Assembly (NCBI GenBank): GCA_963802675.1 | Contig: CAWDJL010000003.1 | Location: forward strand, 265,158 to 329,157 | Direction of reading: 5' to 3' | Source: an uncultured Acidobacteriota bacterium | Lineage (GTDB): Bacteria; Acidobacteriota; Vicinamibacteria; Vicinamibacterales; UBA2999 | Length of the DNA stretch: 64,000 nucleotides | In this document: piece after piece, positions 39,488 through 48,990 of the stretch | Layout: each line of letters opens with the position of its first letter | How positions within the stretch are numbered: position 1 is the first letter of the stretch | Program-made: the position numbers and the translations under genes | Notes under the pieces: model-generated | Seen by the model: the letters and a program-made list of their open reading frames with translations, nothing else | Database searches by the model: none | What the model was told of the DNA's origin: nothing

Positions 39488-40018
39488 ATGCCTGAGGCGG
39501 CTACACTCGAACGCGCACGTAGAGCCAAGCGAACCGGCAAAGCGCCATCCACTCAGGCGGGCGAGTTCGTTCGCGAAGAAATTCATCACGTGCGCGAAGG
39601 AAAACACGGCGCACGGTCGGCCAAACAAGCGATTGCCATCGGCCTGTCGAAAGCGCGGCGGGCCGGCGTCAAGCTTCCGAGTCCGCCGGCGAGCGCCAAG
39701 AAATCGACCAGGCGGAGTGCCGCAGCTGCGGCACGGGCGGCCAAACGTGGGAAGAAGCCGTCACTCAAGCGTTCGCGAGCGTCACTTCGAAAGCTGAAGC
39801 GTGAGGGTCGCTCCGCCGCCTCCTCATTAGCACTTTCACGGCAAGCACGCGCGAGTGCTCGTCGTCGGTCCGCCGCGGCTCGCAAGGCGGCAGCCCGCCG
39901 CGCGGTGAGGACCAAAGGCGCGAGTCGTCGCCGGCAGCCGCGAAACGCGCGGCCAAGTACGCGGCGAGCGGGGCATGCTCTGGGTCGTCGCTTGACGCGC
40001 AGCCGTCTAGCGTTCTAG
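39488..40018 (+). CDS. basic Lys/Arg/Ala-rich protein, N-terminus DUF6496-like
   Basis: RBS GGAG upstream. ERARRAKRTGKAPSTQAGEFVREEIHHVREGKHGARSAKQAIAIGLSKARRAGVKLP matches my memory of DUF6496. The rest is histone-H1-like low complexity. Confidence 0.55.
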   Translation: MPEAATLERARRAKRTGKAPSTQAGEFVREEIHHVREGKHGARSAKQAIAIGLSKARRAGVKLPSPPASAKKSTRRSAAAAARAAKRGKKPSLKRSRASLRKLKREGRSAASSLALSRQARASARRRSAAARKAAARRAVRTKGASRRRQPRNARPSTRRAGHALGRRLTRSRLAF

Positions 40019-40033
40019 AGAGGGTTCAACACC

Positions 40034-41078
40034 TTGCGAATCGCACAGATCGCACCGCTCAGCGAGAGCGTGCCCCCCCAGCTTTACGGCGGCACCGAGC
40101 GGGTCGTGGCATTCCTCACGGACGAACTGGTTCGTCAGGGACATTCCGTCACGCTCTTTGCCAGTGGCGACTCCCGAACGTCAGCGAAGCTCGTCCCGAT
40201 CTGCCCGACCGCGCAACGCCTTGCCGGCTGTCGCGATTACCTCGCCGGTCTCGTCTTGCAAATCGAAGAAGTCGCGCAGCGCGCGCAAGAGTTCGACGTC
40301 CTGCACTTTCACATCGCCCAACTGCATTTCTCGATGGCCCGCCGGCTCCGGACGCCGCACGTCACGACGTTGCACGGCCGATTGGACATGCCGGAGCTGG
40401 TGCCGCTCTACCGGGAGTTTTCGGATGTCCCGGTCGTCTCGATTTCTGACGCGCAACGAATTCCGCTGCCCGATGCGGCCTGGCTTGGCACCGTGTATCA
40501 CGGCCTCCCGCGCGAGCTGTTACGGTTCCATCCGGAAGCGGGGCAGTATCTGGCGTTTCTGGGGCGAATCTCGCCAGAAAAGCGAGTGGATCGTGCCATC
40601 GCCATCGCCACCGCGTGCGGCTGGCCCTTGAAAATCGCGGCCAAGATCGATCCCGCTGATCGGGATTACTTCGAGCAACACATCCGATCGCTGCTCGATC
40701 ACCCGCTTGGTCGAGTTCATTGGCGAGATCGGCGAATCGCAGAAGAGCGAGTTTCTTGGTCGAGCGAAAGCTCTGCTCTTTCCGATCGATTGGCCCGAGC
40801 CGTTCGGGCTCGTGTTGATCGAAGCGCTCGCGTGTGGTACTCCGATCGTCGCGTTTCCCGGCGGGTCGGTGCCGGAGATTCTGGAGGACGGCGTGACTGG
40901 ATTCATCGTTCAGGATCTCGATGAAGCCGTCGCAGCCACTCGCGAGATTGAGCGGCTCGACCGCGCCGCGTGTCGCTCATCGTTCGAACGAAGATTCACG
41001 GCGTCCCGCATGGCGTCCGATTACGTGCGACTCTATGAGCAGCTCATCGGAAAAGCTGACACAGACCTTGTCGCCTGA
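40034..41078 (+). pseudogene. family 4 glycosyltransferase (GT4); one +1 junction near 40706
   Basis: TTG start. MRIAQIAPLSESVPPQLYGGTERVVAFLTDELVRQGHSVTLFASG ... FLGRISPEKRVD ... LDHPL|VEFIGEIGESQKSEFLGRAKALLFPIDWPEPFGLVLIEALACGTPIVAF. Confidence 0.75.
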
Positions 41079-41091
41079 TCGGGAGCCCCTG

Positions 41092-43256
41092 ATGGCAGAA
41101 ACAGTTCGCCTCGACGAACAGTTCTACATCGTCGCCGAAGCCGAGCGTTCGACCACGCCGCTTCGCGTGCTGAAGCACGGCGACAGCTTCGCCGTCTTCG
41201 ACACGCATGGTGACATCACGCCAGAAACCTCGACCGAGCAGGGGCTGTATCACAGCGGCACGCGTTTCCTCTCACGGCTCGAGCTCCTGCTGGGTCGGCG
41301 CCGCCCGTTGCTCCTCAATTCGATGATCAGCGAGGACAACGTGGTGTTCACGGGCAATCTCACGAACCCCGATATCCTGCGCGACGGCCACATCATCGTG
41401 TCTCGCGGGGAAATCCACATCCTGCGCTCGCGTGTGCTGTGGAATGGCGGCTACGGCGAACGCATTCGAATCTCCAATCATTCGCTCCACCCGATCGAGG
41501 TGCCCCTCACGATTCATTTCGACGCTGATTACGCCGACGTGTTCGAAGCGCGCGGGTCGAGCCGGCCCAGGCGGGGCCGCCGCCTGCCGGACCGTCGCGG
41601 TGCGGAGTACGTCCTCGGCTACATCGGCCTCGATGGCGTCGAGCGGCGGACGATTGTCCGCTGGAGCCAGCAGCCGGACCGGCTGGAGGAAGGGTCGGCG
41701 AAGTTTCTGGTGACGCTCAATCGGCATGCGGGAGCAGACGTGGAATTGAGCGTTGGCTGCGAGATCGACGGCACGCCCGCGGTCACGTATCACTTCGGCG
41801 ATGCCGTGGCACAGTCCAAGCAGCGAGTGGCTGACTCCGAAGTTCAGGAGTGCGTCGTTTCGAGCTCGAACGAGGCCTTCAACCGGTGGCTGCGCCGGTC
41901 GTCGGCCGACCTGCGCATGATGACGACCGAGACGCCGTACGGTCCCTATCCGTACGCCGGAATTCCGTGGTTCAGCACGCCGTTCGGTCGTGACGGTCTC
42001 ATCACCGCGCTCGAGTTGCTTCCGCTGGCGCCTTCGGTCGCGCGCGGCGTGCTCACGTTTCTCGCGGACACGCAGGCCACGTCCCGATCGGATCAGCAGG
42101 ACGCCCAACCCGGAAAGATTCTGCACGAAATGCGGAGTGGCGAGATGGCCGCGCTCCGAGAGGTGCCGTTTGGTCGCTACTATGGCAGCGCCGACGCCAC
42201 GCCGCTCTTCGTCATGCTGGCACACGCGTACTTCGAGCGAACGGGGGACGCCGGTTTCATCGACGCGTTGTGGCCGCACCTGCTGGCTGCACTCGATTGG
42301 ATTACCGACAACGCCAATCGGCACCGCGATGGCTTCGTCACCTACGAACGACGAAGTGAGACGGGGTTGGTTCATCAAGGGTGGAAGGACTCGGTACGAT
42401 GCCGTCTTCCATAGCAGTGCCTCACTTGCCGAGCCGCCCATTGCGATGTGCGAGATTCAAGGATATTGCTACGCGGCCTGGAAGGGCGCCGCGCAACTCG
42501 CCACCGCTCGCGGCGATCACAAGGTGGCCGCTCGGTGGGACGCGAAGGCGGAACGGCTGCGGGCCAATTTCGATCGTGCCTTTTGGTGTGACGAGATCGG
42601 CACCTATGCGCTGGCGCTCGATGGCGAGAACCGTCCGTGCGAGGTGCGCACGTCCAACCCTGGCCATGCCCTGTTTGCTGGAATCGCTTCGCCGGAGCGT
42701 GCCGCACCGCGTTGCCGAGACGCTGCTTTCGGACACGTCCTTCGCGGGGTGGGGTATCCGAACTGTTGCGGCCGGCGAAGCGCGCTACAACCCCATGTCG
42801 TACCACAACGGATCGATTTGGCCGCACGACAACGCGGTGATCGCCTCAGGGCTGGCGCGCTACGGCTTTCGTGAGGCGGCTTGTCGGATCTTGAACGGCA
42901 TGCTCGACCTCAGTGCCGCCGTCGATCTCAACCGGTTGCCGGAGTTGATCTGCGGATTTCATCGGCGAGAAACCGAGTTCCCGACACTGTATCCGGTGGC
43001 GTGCGCACCACAATCGTGGGCGGCTGGGGCGGTCTTCATGATGCTCGCGGCCTGCCTTGGTCTTCGGATTGACGCCGCGGCGCGGCGCATCACGTTGACG
43101 CGCGCGCTGCTGCCCGAGTCGGTCGAGTGGCTGCGCCTCACGAACCTCTCGATCGGCGATGCGTCGGTCAATCTCCTTCTCAGTCGGCATCCCTTCGATG
43201 TCGGCATCACGGTTCTTCGTCGAGACGGGGATGTGGAGATCGTGGGGGTGAAGTAG
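41092..43256 (+). pseudogene. amylo-alpha-1,6-glucosidase / glycogen debranching enzyme-like (GDE_C) protein; two +1 junctions (about 42394 and 42706)
   Basis: ATG 41092. GIPWFSTPFGRDGLITALE ... HQGWKDS|(Y/V)DAVFHSSASLAEPPIAMCEIQGYCY ... SPERAA|RVAETLLSDTSFAGWGIRTVAAGEARYNPMSYHNGSIWPHDN ... ACAPQSWAAGA. Confidence 0.75.
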
Positions 43257-43619
43257 GGCCGCTTCGCGGAAGGCCGGCCTTCGGCCGGAGGGCCGCTCAC
43301 TGCGTTCGCGGAGGGCCGCTTTGCGGAAGGCCACTGAGTGGAAGGGCCGCTTCGCGGAGAGGGGAGCCAGAGATTAATCCGGGCCGCAGGCCCGGCCATC
43401 TTGCGAGCAACGCGAGCAGCCATCCGCCCGAAGGGCGGCCCTCCGGCCGCAGGCCGGCCGTCCGTGAACGAAGTGAGCGGCCCTTCCGCGAAGCGGCCCT
43501 CTCCGGCCGGAGGCGGCCCTATGCGAGCGCAGCGAGCAGCCGTCCGCGAAGCGGCCTTCCGGCCGAAGGCCGGCCTTTCCGCGAACGAAGTGAGCGGCCG
43601 TCCGCGCGGAGCGCGGCCG
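43257..43619. repeat. about 360-bp cluster of GC-rich mini-hairpins arranged as a large palindrome
   Basis: Words GGGCCGCTTCGCGGAAGG and CCTTCCGCGAAGCGGCCC in both orientations. Mini-hairpins CCGGCCTTCGGCCGG, CCGGGCCGCAGGCCCGG, CCGCCCGAAGGGCGG, CCGGCCGAAGGCCGG, CCGCGCGGAGCGCGG. It fills the whole spacer between convergent genes. Confidence 0.7.
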
Positions 43620-43980
43620 TCAGGCGGCACGCCCGCCAATGAGCCCGAACGGAATGCCTTGCGGATCCTGAACGATGGCCATTACGTCGCCCTCCGGCAA
43701 TGTCTGTGGAGGAATGATCGTACGTGCCCCGAGCTGTTCTGCGCGCTCGCAGGTACTCTGCGACCGACGACACGCGGATGAAGAGCTGCACGAAGTTGTG
43801 ACCGTCGGCGGGCGAGGGCCAGATGCCACCTTGAATGCCATCGGTCGATCCGGTATCGACGACGCGATAGCCGAGGGGGTTGTCGCTGTTGACTCGCCAG
43901 CCAAACAGGCTGGTGTAGAAGGCCGACGCCGCTTCAGGATCCTTCGCCAGTATCTGCCACTGCATCACCGCGCATGACAT
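43620..43980 (-). pseudogene. VOC (glyoxalase/bleomycin-resistance fold) protein; one +1 junction near 43760
   Basis: MQWQILAKDPEAASAFYTSLFGWRVNSD...GGIWPSPADGHNFVQLFIRVSSV then CERAEQLGARTIIPPQTLPEGDVMAIVQDPQGIPFGLIG in the 43620-43904 frame. Confidence 0.65.
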
Positions 43981-44777
43981 GTTGAGTCCGTCCTTTCACG
44001 TTTGATCGTTGTCACCGGAAACACCGCGCATTCGATCTGATACACGTCATCTACCGGCCCCTCTTGAAGCAGCTCCGCGAGCTGCTGGCGGAATCGAGCC
44101 ATCAGTTCGAACGCGCGGGGTAAGACGGCACTGTTGACGGCCATCGTGATCGACGTGTGGTCGCGCACACTCATCGGCGTGCTTCGGATGGCCGATGCCG
44201 AGAGCCGCCGATTCTGCTGCTGCTGTTCCTCGAGAAGCTCCGGGCGCAGTGTGTCGATGCTGATGCGTGCTTCACCCGATCGATCCACCCAGCGAGTGGT
44301 CGTTTCCATGTCGAGCAGGTCCAGTCGGATCAGTCGTTGCAGGGCGACATTGACCTCGTCCACGCTGATGTCGAGCACTCGGGCCATCCAGCGGGAGTCG
44401 GGACGGAAGCTCTCCAGCCGGGTCAGCTCGAGAATGGCGAAGTGGTACCACTCCGCCACGAGCGACATCGTGTCGGGGGTCAAATACCACACGCCGTGCA
44501 TCGCATCGTCGTCACGGGCGGCGCGCGCGACGTATCCCGTGATTGCCTCTGACGTGATCCCGAGCATCGCCCCGATCGACTCGATGGTGCGCGCCGCGAT
44601 CGGTCGCCGCCCCCGCAGCCACTGAGACAGCGTGGAATGGTCGACGTTCAGGTGCATCGCGAATGCGCGGAGCGAGTAATTGGGATTGCGGCCACAACGC
44701 CGTGCGAGCTCGGATTGAAGCAGCAGCCGAAAGCTGGTCTCTGCCGTCGGCGCGGAGCCCGTAACCATGGATTTCAC
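43965..44777 (-). CDS. TIGR02147/DUF4423-like HTH protein
   Basis: Intact 270-aa ORF. RNPNYSLRAFAMHLNVDHSTLSQWLRGRRPIAARTIESIGAMLG followed by WYHFAILELTRLESF resembles the TIGR02147 architecture (from memory). Confidence 0.5.
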   Translation of the reverse strand: MKSMVTGSAPTAETSFRLLLQSELARRCGRNPNYSLRAFAMHLNVDHSTLSQWLRGRRPIAARTIESIGAMLGITSEAITGYVARAARDDDAMHGVWYLTPDTMSLVAEWYHFAILELTRLESFRPDSRWMARVLDISVDEVNVALQRLIRLDLLDMETTTRWVDRSGEARISIDTLRPELLEEQQQQNRRLSASAIRSTPMSVRDHTSITMAVNSAVLPRAFELMARFRQQLAELLQEGPVDDVYQIECAVFPVTTIKRERTDSTCHAR

Positions 44778-44865
44778 GGGCTGATGCTAGTGCATTACGG
44801 CGTGCACCTCGCATGCGCGACCAGACAAAGCGGGGCGAAGCGCGTGCCCCACGTGCCGCTGCGCG

Positions 44866-45108
44866 GCCCAGAAGGACCGCTTTCGCAGCGGTGGGACTGC
44901 TTACGCCGCAGTAGGACCGCTCGCTCACGCTCGCGGTGGGGGCCTCGCCGTTCGGCTCGGCTATGACTCCATTTGGACGAATTGCTCGAACTTCAGCTAG
45001 CCGATGACCGTTGGGATGAGGCGAGCCGAACGGCGAGCCTCCCACGAGGCGCGAAGCGCCGAGTCCTACTGCTGTGAACAGTCCTACTGCTGTGAACAGT
45101 CCTGCTAC
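44866..45108. repeat. 243-bp imperfect palindrome, same family as 37411-37633, ending in an 18-mer tandem repeat
   Basis: Arms GGCCTCGCCGTTCGGCTCG (44941-44959) and CGAGCCGAACGGCGAGCC (45022-45039). CCTCCCACGAGGCGCGAAGCGCCGAGTCCTAC resembles the 37580 word. AGTCCTACTGCTGTGAAC occurs 2.5 times and is the inverse of GTTTACAGCAGTAGGACT at 37421. Confidence 0.7.
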
Positions 45109-45256
45109 CGTGAGCAATCGTCGGCAGCAGCGTGCAATGGCGGAAATCCAGCTGTGCTACACTGTCGACTCCCTCCCGGGGTCCCCAGCCCTCGCAACCA
45201 TAGATTCACCGCTCGACGTGTGTCTGTGCTCGTCGTGTCGCCAGAGGACGGTACTC

Positions 45257-46288
45257 ATGAAGTCGATAAAAACAGTCGGCCTCGCGTCATTAATGTTTGC
45301 CCTTCTGCTCGGCCCGCAGCCGGCGGTCGCGCAGGCGCCCTATCAACCGTACCTGAACGTCACGGCCGTCGGATTCAGAGTGACGATTGAATGGACGCCT
45401 ATTGCGGGGGCGTGGGGCTACAACATCCAGGTTGGCACGGCACCGGGCGCCGCCAACATTGGTTCGATCAACATACCCAATATGAACCCGCGCATCGTCG
45501 TCGATGCGCCGCCGGGAGTGTACTTTCTTCGAATCCGTGCCTTTGCAGGGGCGATCTACGGACCATTCTCGAATGAAGCCGTCATCGCCGTTGGCGGCAG
45601 TTGTGAGCTGCCGCCAGCGCCAGCGGTCTCGTCTGTCGTGTCCGGCTCGAATGTGACGATTAGTTGGGGCGCGGTGCCGAACGTGCTCGGATACCGCGTG
45701 GAGGCCGGCCGATCTCCGGGCGCCGTTGAGCTCGTGCAGAACCTCCTTCCGAACGTGACATCGGTTACGCAGAGCGTGCCAGTCAGCGGGACGTTCTATG
45801 CCCGTGTTCTGGCGGGCAATGCCTGTGGCATCTCGACCGGCAACGAAGTGGCGTTCACGATTGGCGGCGGGAGCGGTCCCCGCACTCCAGATCCGCCCCC
45901 AGGTGGCCGCTTGCCCATGCCGGGGTACGGGCCAGCCGTGGCCCAGGCGGTGGCTGCCGCGTTTCCTGGCGATCTGCAGAGGTCATGCGTGGAAGCTGGT
46001 GGCAACAACATCTGGCTCTTCCGACTCGTTCACGCGTTACGACAGCACGACAGCCGCTGGGGACTCAACTGGAAGCGCCAGGTCTTCGGCGACATGTCGC
46101 AAGACATCGTGACCTACAACTACGGCGCCGGACCGGACGAAGACAGTCGCAATGTTTACGGCATCGATGTCATCGTCGGGCACTGTGGCCCGCGGCCGGG
46201 TTGGAACTGGCACGACGTGACAAATCCGAATGGTGCGGGCGCGCGATGGACGCTGCTGCCGTACTTGGCCGCCGGGTTCCCCCCTTAG
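45257..46288 (+). CDS. secreted protein with two FN3-like modules and an uncharacterised C-terminal domain
   Basis: ATG 45257 behind GAGGA. Signal MKSIKTVGLASLMFALLLGPQPAVAQA. Two modules contain W(T/G)..(A/V)..(A/L)(W/-)GY..(V/A)G..PGA (FRVTIEWTPIAGAWGYNIQVG, NVTISWGAVPNVLGYRVEAG). The upstream part of the tracked ORF translates the repeat. Confidence 0.6.
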   Translation: MKSIKTVGLASLMFALLLGPQPAVAQAPYQPYLNVTAVGFRVTIEWTPIAGAWGYNIQVGTAPGAANIGSINIPNMNPRIVVDAPPGVYFLRIRAFAGAIYGPFSNEAVIAVGGSCELPPAPAVSSVVSGSNVTISWGAVPNVLGYRVEAGRSPGAVELVQNLLPNVTSVTQSVPVSGTFYARVLAGNACGISTGNEVAFTIGGGSGPRTPDPPPGGRLPMPGYGPAVAQAVAAAFPGDLQRSCVEAGGNNIWLFRLVHALRQHDSRWGLNWKRQVFGDMSQDIVTYNYGAGPDEDSRNVYGIDVIVGHCGPRPGWNWHDVTNPNGAGARWTLLPYLAAGFPP

Positions 46289-46290
46289 AC

Positions 46291-46416
46291 AGTTACAAGT
46301 TACAAGTTACAAGTTCAAAGTTTCAGGGTTCCAAGGGTTCCAAAAACCTTGGAACCCTGGAACCTTGGAACCCCGGAACTTTGGAACCTTGGAACCCTGG
46401 AACTCTGGAACCCTGG
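46291..46416. repeat. AGTTACA heptamer array, hairpin, and GGAACCYT octamer array (left bracket of the padR operon)
   Basis: AGTTACA x3 plus variants at 46291-46325. GGTTCCAAGGGTTCC / GGAACCCTGGAACC pairing around AAAAA. GGAACCYT x8 at 46351-46416. Sits between convergent genes and abuts the stop at 46418. Confidence 0.75.
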
Positions 46417-46417
46417 A

Positions 46418-47485
46418 TCAAGCGGGAATCGCCGCGTGCCGTCCGCGCGACATCCAGCGAAGCAACTCACCAAGCGAACGAACCAGGCCGGCAACCGCCA
46501 CGACGCCGAAAATCGCTGAGAACGTGTAGTTGACGAACTCCTCGAGCGAAATTGCGCGGCCCGCGAACGAGCCGAGTATCCGCGAACCCGCGTTCGCCTC
46601 GTCACGCCACACAATCCACTCGTGATTGGAGGAGGCCGCAAGATAGATGAAGGCGACTCCAGTCACGAGCCAGGCGACGCTTTGGACTCGGTTGAACCGT
46701 GTATCGGCGGGTCGCACGAGTCGTATGAAGTGGTGGCTCAGTGCAAGTAGCTGCGCAACGACGAGGACGGGGTAGAGGCGCTGCATCGCAGGCCCCCATG
46801 CGACATCGGTCGCGCCGGGTCCGAACAGAAGCGTCGGGAACTTCAAGCCGAGCAGCCACCAGACGCTGACGGCAGCCGCAACGATGAATCCCGAGATCGT
46901 CGGTTCGCGCTTTCGGCGTACCACGACGGACCGCGAAACCTGCCCGACAGCTCTTGGCACAGCGCCGAGCGCATGATCAATCCTCTCGCTCACATGGCGG
47001 ACTGGAGCCGACGGAGAGCGAGGCGTCCAGTTTTCAAGCGCTCGTGAACGAGTCAGCCAGAGCTCGGCAACCGAAGCGAGCAGCGTGATCCAGCCCAGCG
47101 CCTTCAGCACGCTCGAAATCATGCGCTCACCGATCAGTTGCAGCTGCGCTGGTGACGAGCCTTCCGCGACGAGCACGACCGCGCCGATTACGTGCGAGAG
47201 CACTATCAGGCCCACCACCACTTTGAGCAGCAGCCAGTAGTACGGGAACAGGATGGGCCCTACCAGGTAACGTTGTGGCCGGTAGCGCGAGGCCGTCAGC
47301 AGTGGATGACCAAACTGGCGGAGAAGCGCTTCCTGCTCGGACGCATTCAGCGCGCGTCCAAGCGCTGCTTCCTTCTCAGCGACCTGCGACTGAACCTCTT
47401 CCGAAAGCTCGCGGACGATGTCCTCGCGTTGGTCTCTTGGCAGGAAAAGCCTCAGCGTTCGAAAGTAGTTGTCGAAGAGATCCAT
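46418..47485 (-). CDS. membrane protein co-transcribed with padR (permease-prefix/DUF1700-like N-terminus)
   Basis: Intact 355-aa ORF. MDLFDNYFRTLRLFLPRDQREDIVRELSEEVQSQVAEKE is the usual N-terminus of PadR-partner membrane proteins. Several TM helices follow. Confidence 0.6.
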   Translation of the reverse strand: MDLFDNYFRTLRLFLPRDQREDIVRELSEEVQSQVAEKEAALGRALNASEQEALLRQFGHPLLTASRYRPQRYLVGPILFPYYWLLLKVVVGLIVLSHVIGAVVLVAEGSSPAQLQLIGERMISSVLKALGWITLLASVAELWLTRSRALENWTPRSPSAPVRHVSERIDHALGAVPRAVGQVSRSVVVRRKREPTISGFIVAAAVSVWWLLGLKFPTLLFGPGATDVAWGPAMQRLYPVLVVAQLLALSHHFIRLVRPADTRFNRVQSVAWLVTGVAFIYLAASSNHEWIVWRDEANAGSRILGSFAGRAISLEEFVNYTFSAIFGVVAVAGLVRSLGELLRWMSRGRHAAIPA

Positions 47486-47495
47486 GACAGATGCC

Positions 47496-47840
47496 TCAGG
47501 CGACTGACCGCGAGCCGCTCACGATTCGGTTGACCGCGGAGTTGATTTGCTGCCACTCGACAAGGAGCTCCTTTAGCACGCCCTTGCCCATCGGAGACAA
47601 TCGATAAAAGCGCTTGTTGCGTTTGTCTTCTTCGCGCCACTCGCTGACGAGCAGGCCTTGCGCCTCGAGCCGTCGCAGCAGCGGGTAGAGCGTGCCTTCG
47701 TCGATGTTCAGGCCCCGCTCCGCGAGCTCGTTCTTCAGCGTGTAGCCGTAGTGCTCGACACGAAGCTGGGCGAGCACGGCCATCACCAGGCACCCGCGGC
47801 GGAGCTCGAGGCGCAGCGCGTCGAACTGATCAGAACCCAT
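47496..47840 (-). CDS. padR: PadR family transcriptional regulator
   Basis: Intact 114-aa ORF. YGYTLKNELAERGLNIDEGTLYPLLRRLEAQGLLVSEWREEDKRNKRFYRLSPMG is the PadR winged-helix signature. Confidence 0.85.
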   Translation of the reverse strand: MGSDQFDALRLELRRGCLVMAVLAQLRVEHYGYTLKNELAERGLNIDEGTLYPLLRRLEAQGLLVSEWREEDKRNKRFYRLSPMGKGVLKELLVEWQQINSAVNRIVSGSRSVA

Positions 47841-47888
47841 TGCGGCCTTGCTGGTGGACTGTCATGGCCGCTCGATAACCCATACGAC

Positions 47889-47935
47889 ACATAGTGTGTA
47901 GAACATACTATGTTGTATACAGTAATCACTGTCAA
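47889..47935 (-). promoter_or_regulatory. putative padR promoter with overlapping palindromic operator
   Basis: On the minus strand: TTGACA (47930-47935), a 17-nt spacer, then CATAGT (47907-47912). Inverted repeat ACATAGT-N11-ACTATGT (47889-47913) contains the ATGT/ACAT half-sites typical of PadR operators. It is the only AT-rich patch in this spacer. Confidence 0.4.
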
Positions 47936-47957
47936 GACGTTTTTCCAGAGTCGCCTT

Positions 47958-48002
47958 GGAACCCTGGAACCCTGGAACCTTGGAACCCTGGAACCTTGGA
48001 CC
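47958..48002. repeat. GGAACCYT octamer array (right bracket of the padR operon)
   Basis: GGAACCCTGGAACCCTGGAACCTTGGAACCCTGGAACCTTGGACC, same word and same orientation as 46351-46416. Confidence 0.75.
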
Positions 48003-48017
48003 GGAAGATAATCAGTA

Positions 48018-48990
48018 ATGGTGGGCTCGCAATCGCGCAAGCTTAACCGCCGCACCTTTGTCGCCGGCGGCGTGGTCGCTGGTGTTGGCACGACGGCATT
48101 CGTCGGGTTGTCTTCGTCGTGGCCCGCTCGCTTTCTGCGCGACCGACTCAGCGAGTTTGGCCGCGAGGTTCCATTCGCGCCGCACAAGCCGACACCGGCG
48201 TCGTGGGACGACAACGCCATCACAATCGCCTGGCTTGGGCACGCGACCGTCCTGATCAACCTTTATGGGGTCCGGATTATCACCGATCCGCTGCTGTTCC
48301 CCCGAATTGGCATCGACATGGGCGTTGGCAGCTTCGGGCCCTTGCGACTAGTGAACTGTGCGCTCATGCCCGACGAGCTCCCGGAGCTGGATCTCGTGCT
48401 CGTGTCGCATGCGCACTTCGATCATCTCGACACCCCCTCACTCGCCGCGGTACGAGGCCGACCTTCAGCGGTGATGGCGAAGGCGACATCTGATCTGTTG
48501 CCACGGAGTTACTACTCCTCGGTGCAAGAGCTCGGCTGGAACGAGTCCGCTACGGTGAGCACACCGCGCGGTGAGGTACACGTTCGCTCGATCGAAGTGA
48601 ACCACTGGGGCGCACGGCTGCAGCGCGACACCTATCGCGGCTACACTGGGCTTCGTGCTCGAGCGGGAGGGACGGAAGCTCTTGATCGGTGGCGACACCG
48701 CCGACACGCCGCTCTTCCGCGGTCATCGTCCGCATGGTCCGTTCGAGGCCGCCATCATGCCGATTGGCGCGTACAACCCATGGATTCGCTATCACTGCAC
48801 GCCGGAGCAGGCGGTTGCGATGGCGGATGCGGCCGGTGCGCGACTATTCGTCCCGGTGCATCATCAGTCGTTTCGGTTGAGCCGAGAACCCGTCACCGAG
48901 CCCATCGAACGAGCGCAGCGTGCGCTGGCGGCCGAGCGCGGCCGCTTGGCGCTGCGTGAGATCGGCGAGACGCTGGTCATATCGCGATGA
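48018..48990 (+). pseudogene. MBL-fold hydrolase with Tat-like signal; one +1 junction near 48648
   Basis: RRTFVAGGVVAGVG signal. WLGHATVLINLYGVRIITDP ... DLVLVSHAHFDHLD ... RGYTG|FVLEREGRKLLIGGDTADTP ... FVPVHHQSF in the 48655 frame. Confidence 0.7.

Noticed and set aside
39338-39628. Longer N-terminus of the DUF1028 gene (ORF-track start 39628)
   Set aside because: The upstream 97 codons translate the CCACGGY/CACTGAY arrays and the antisense of the next gene's 5' region. GTG 39337 has a GAAGGAG RBS and yields a canonical signal peptide followed by the catalytic Thr.
30031-48002. Short tandem arrays as CRISPR loci
   Set aside because: The units are 7-9 nt and directly abutting, with no spacers. 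No cas genes are present. Arrays are only 30-65 bp long.
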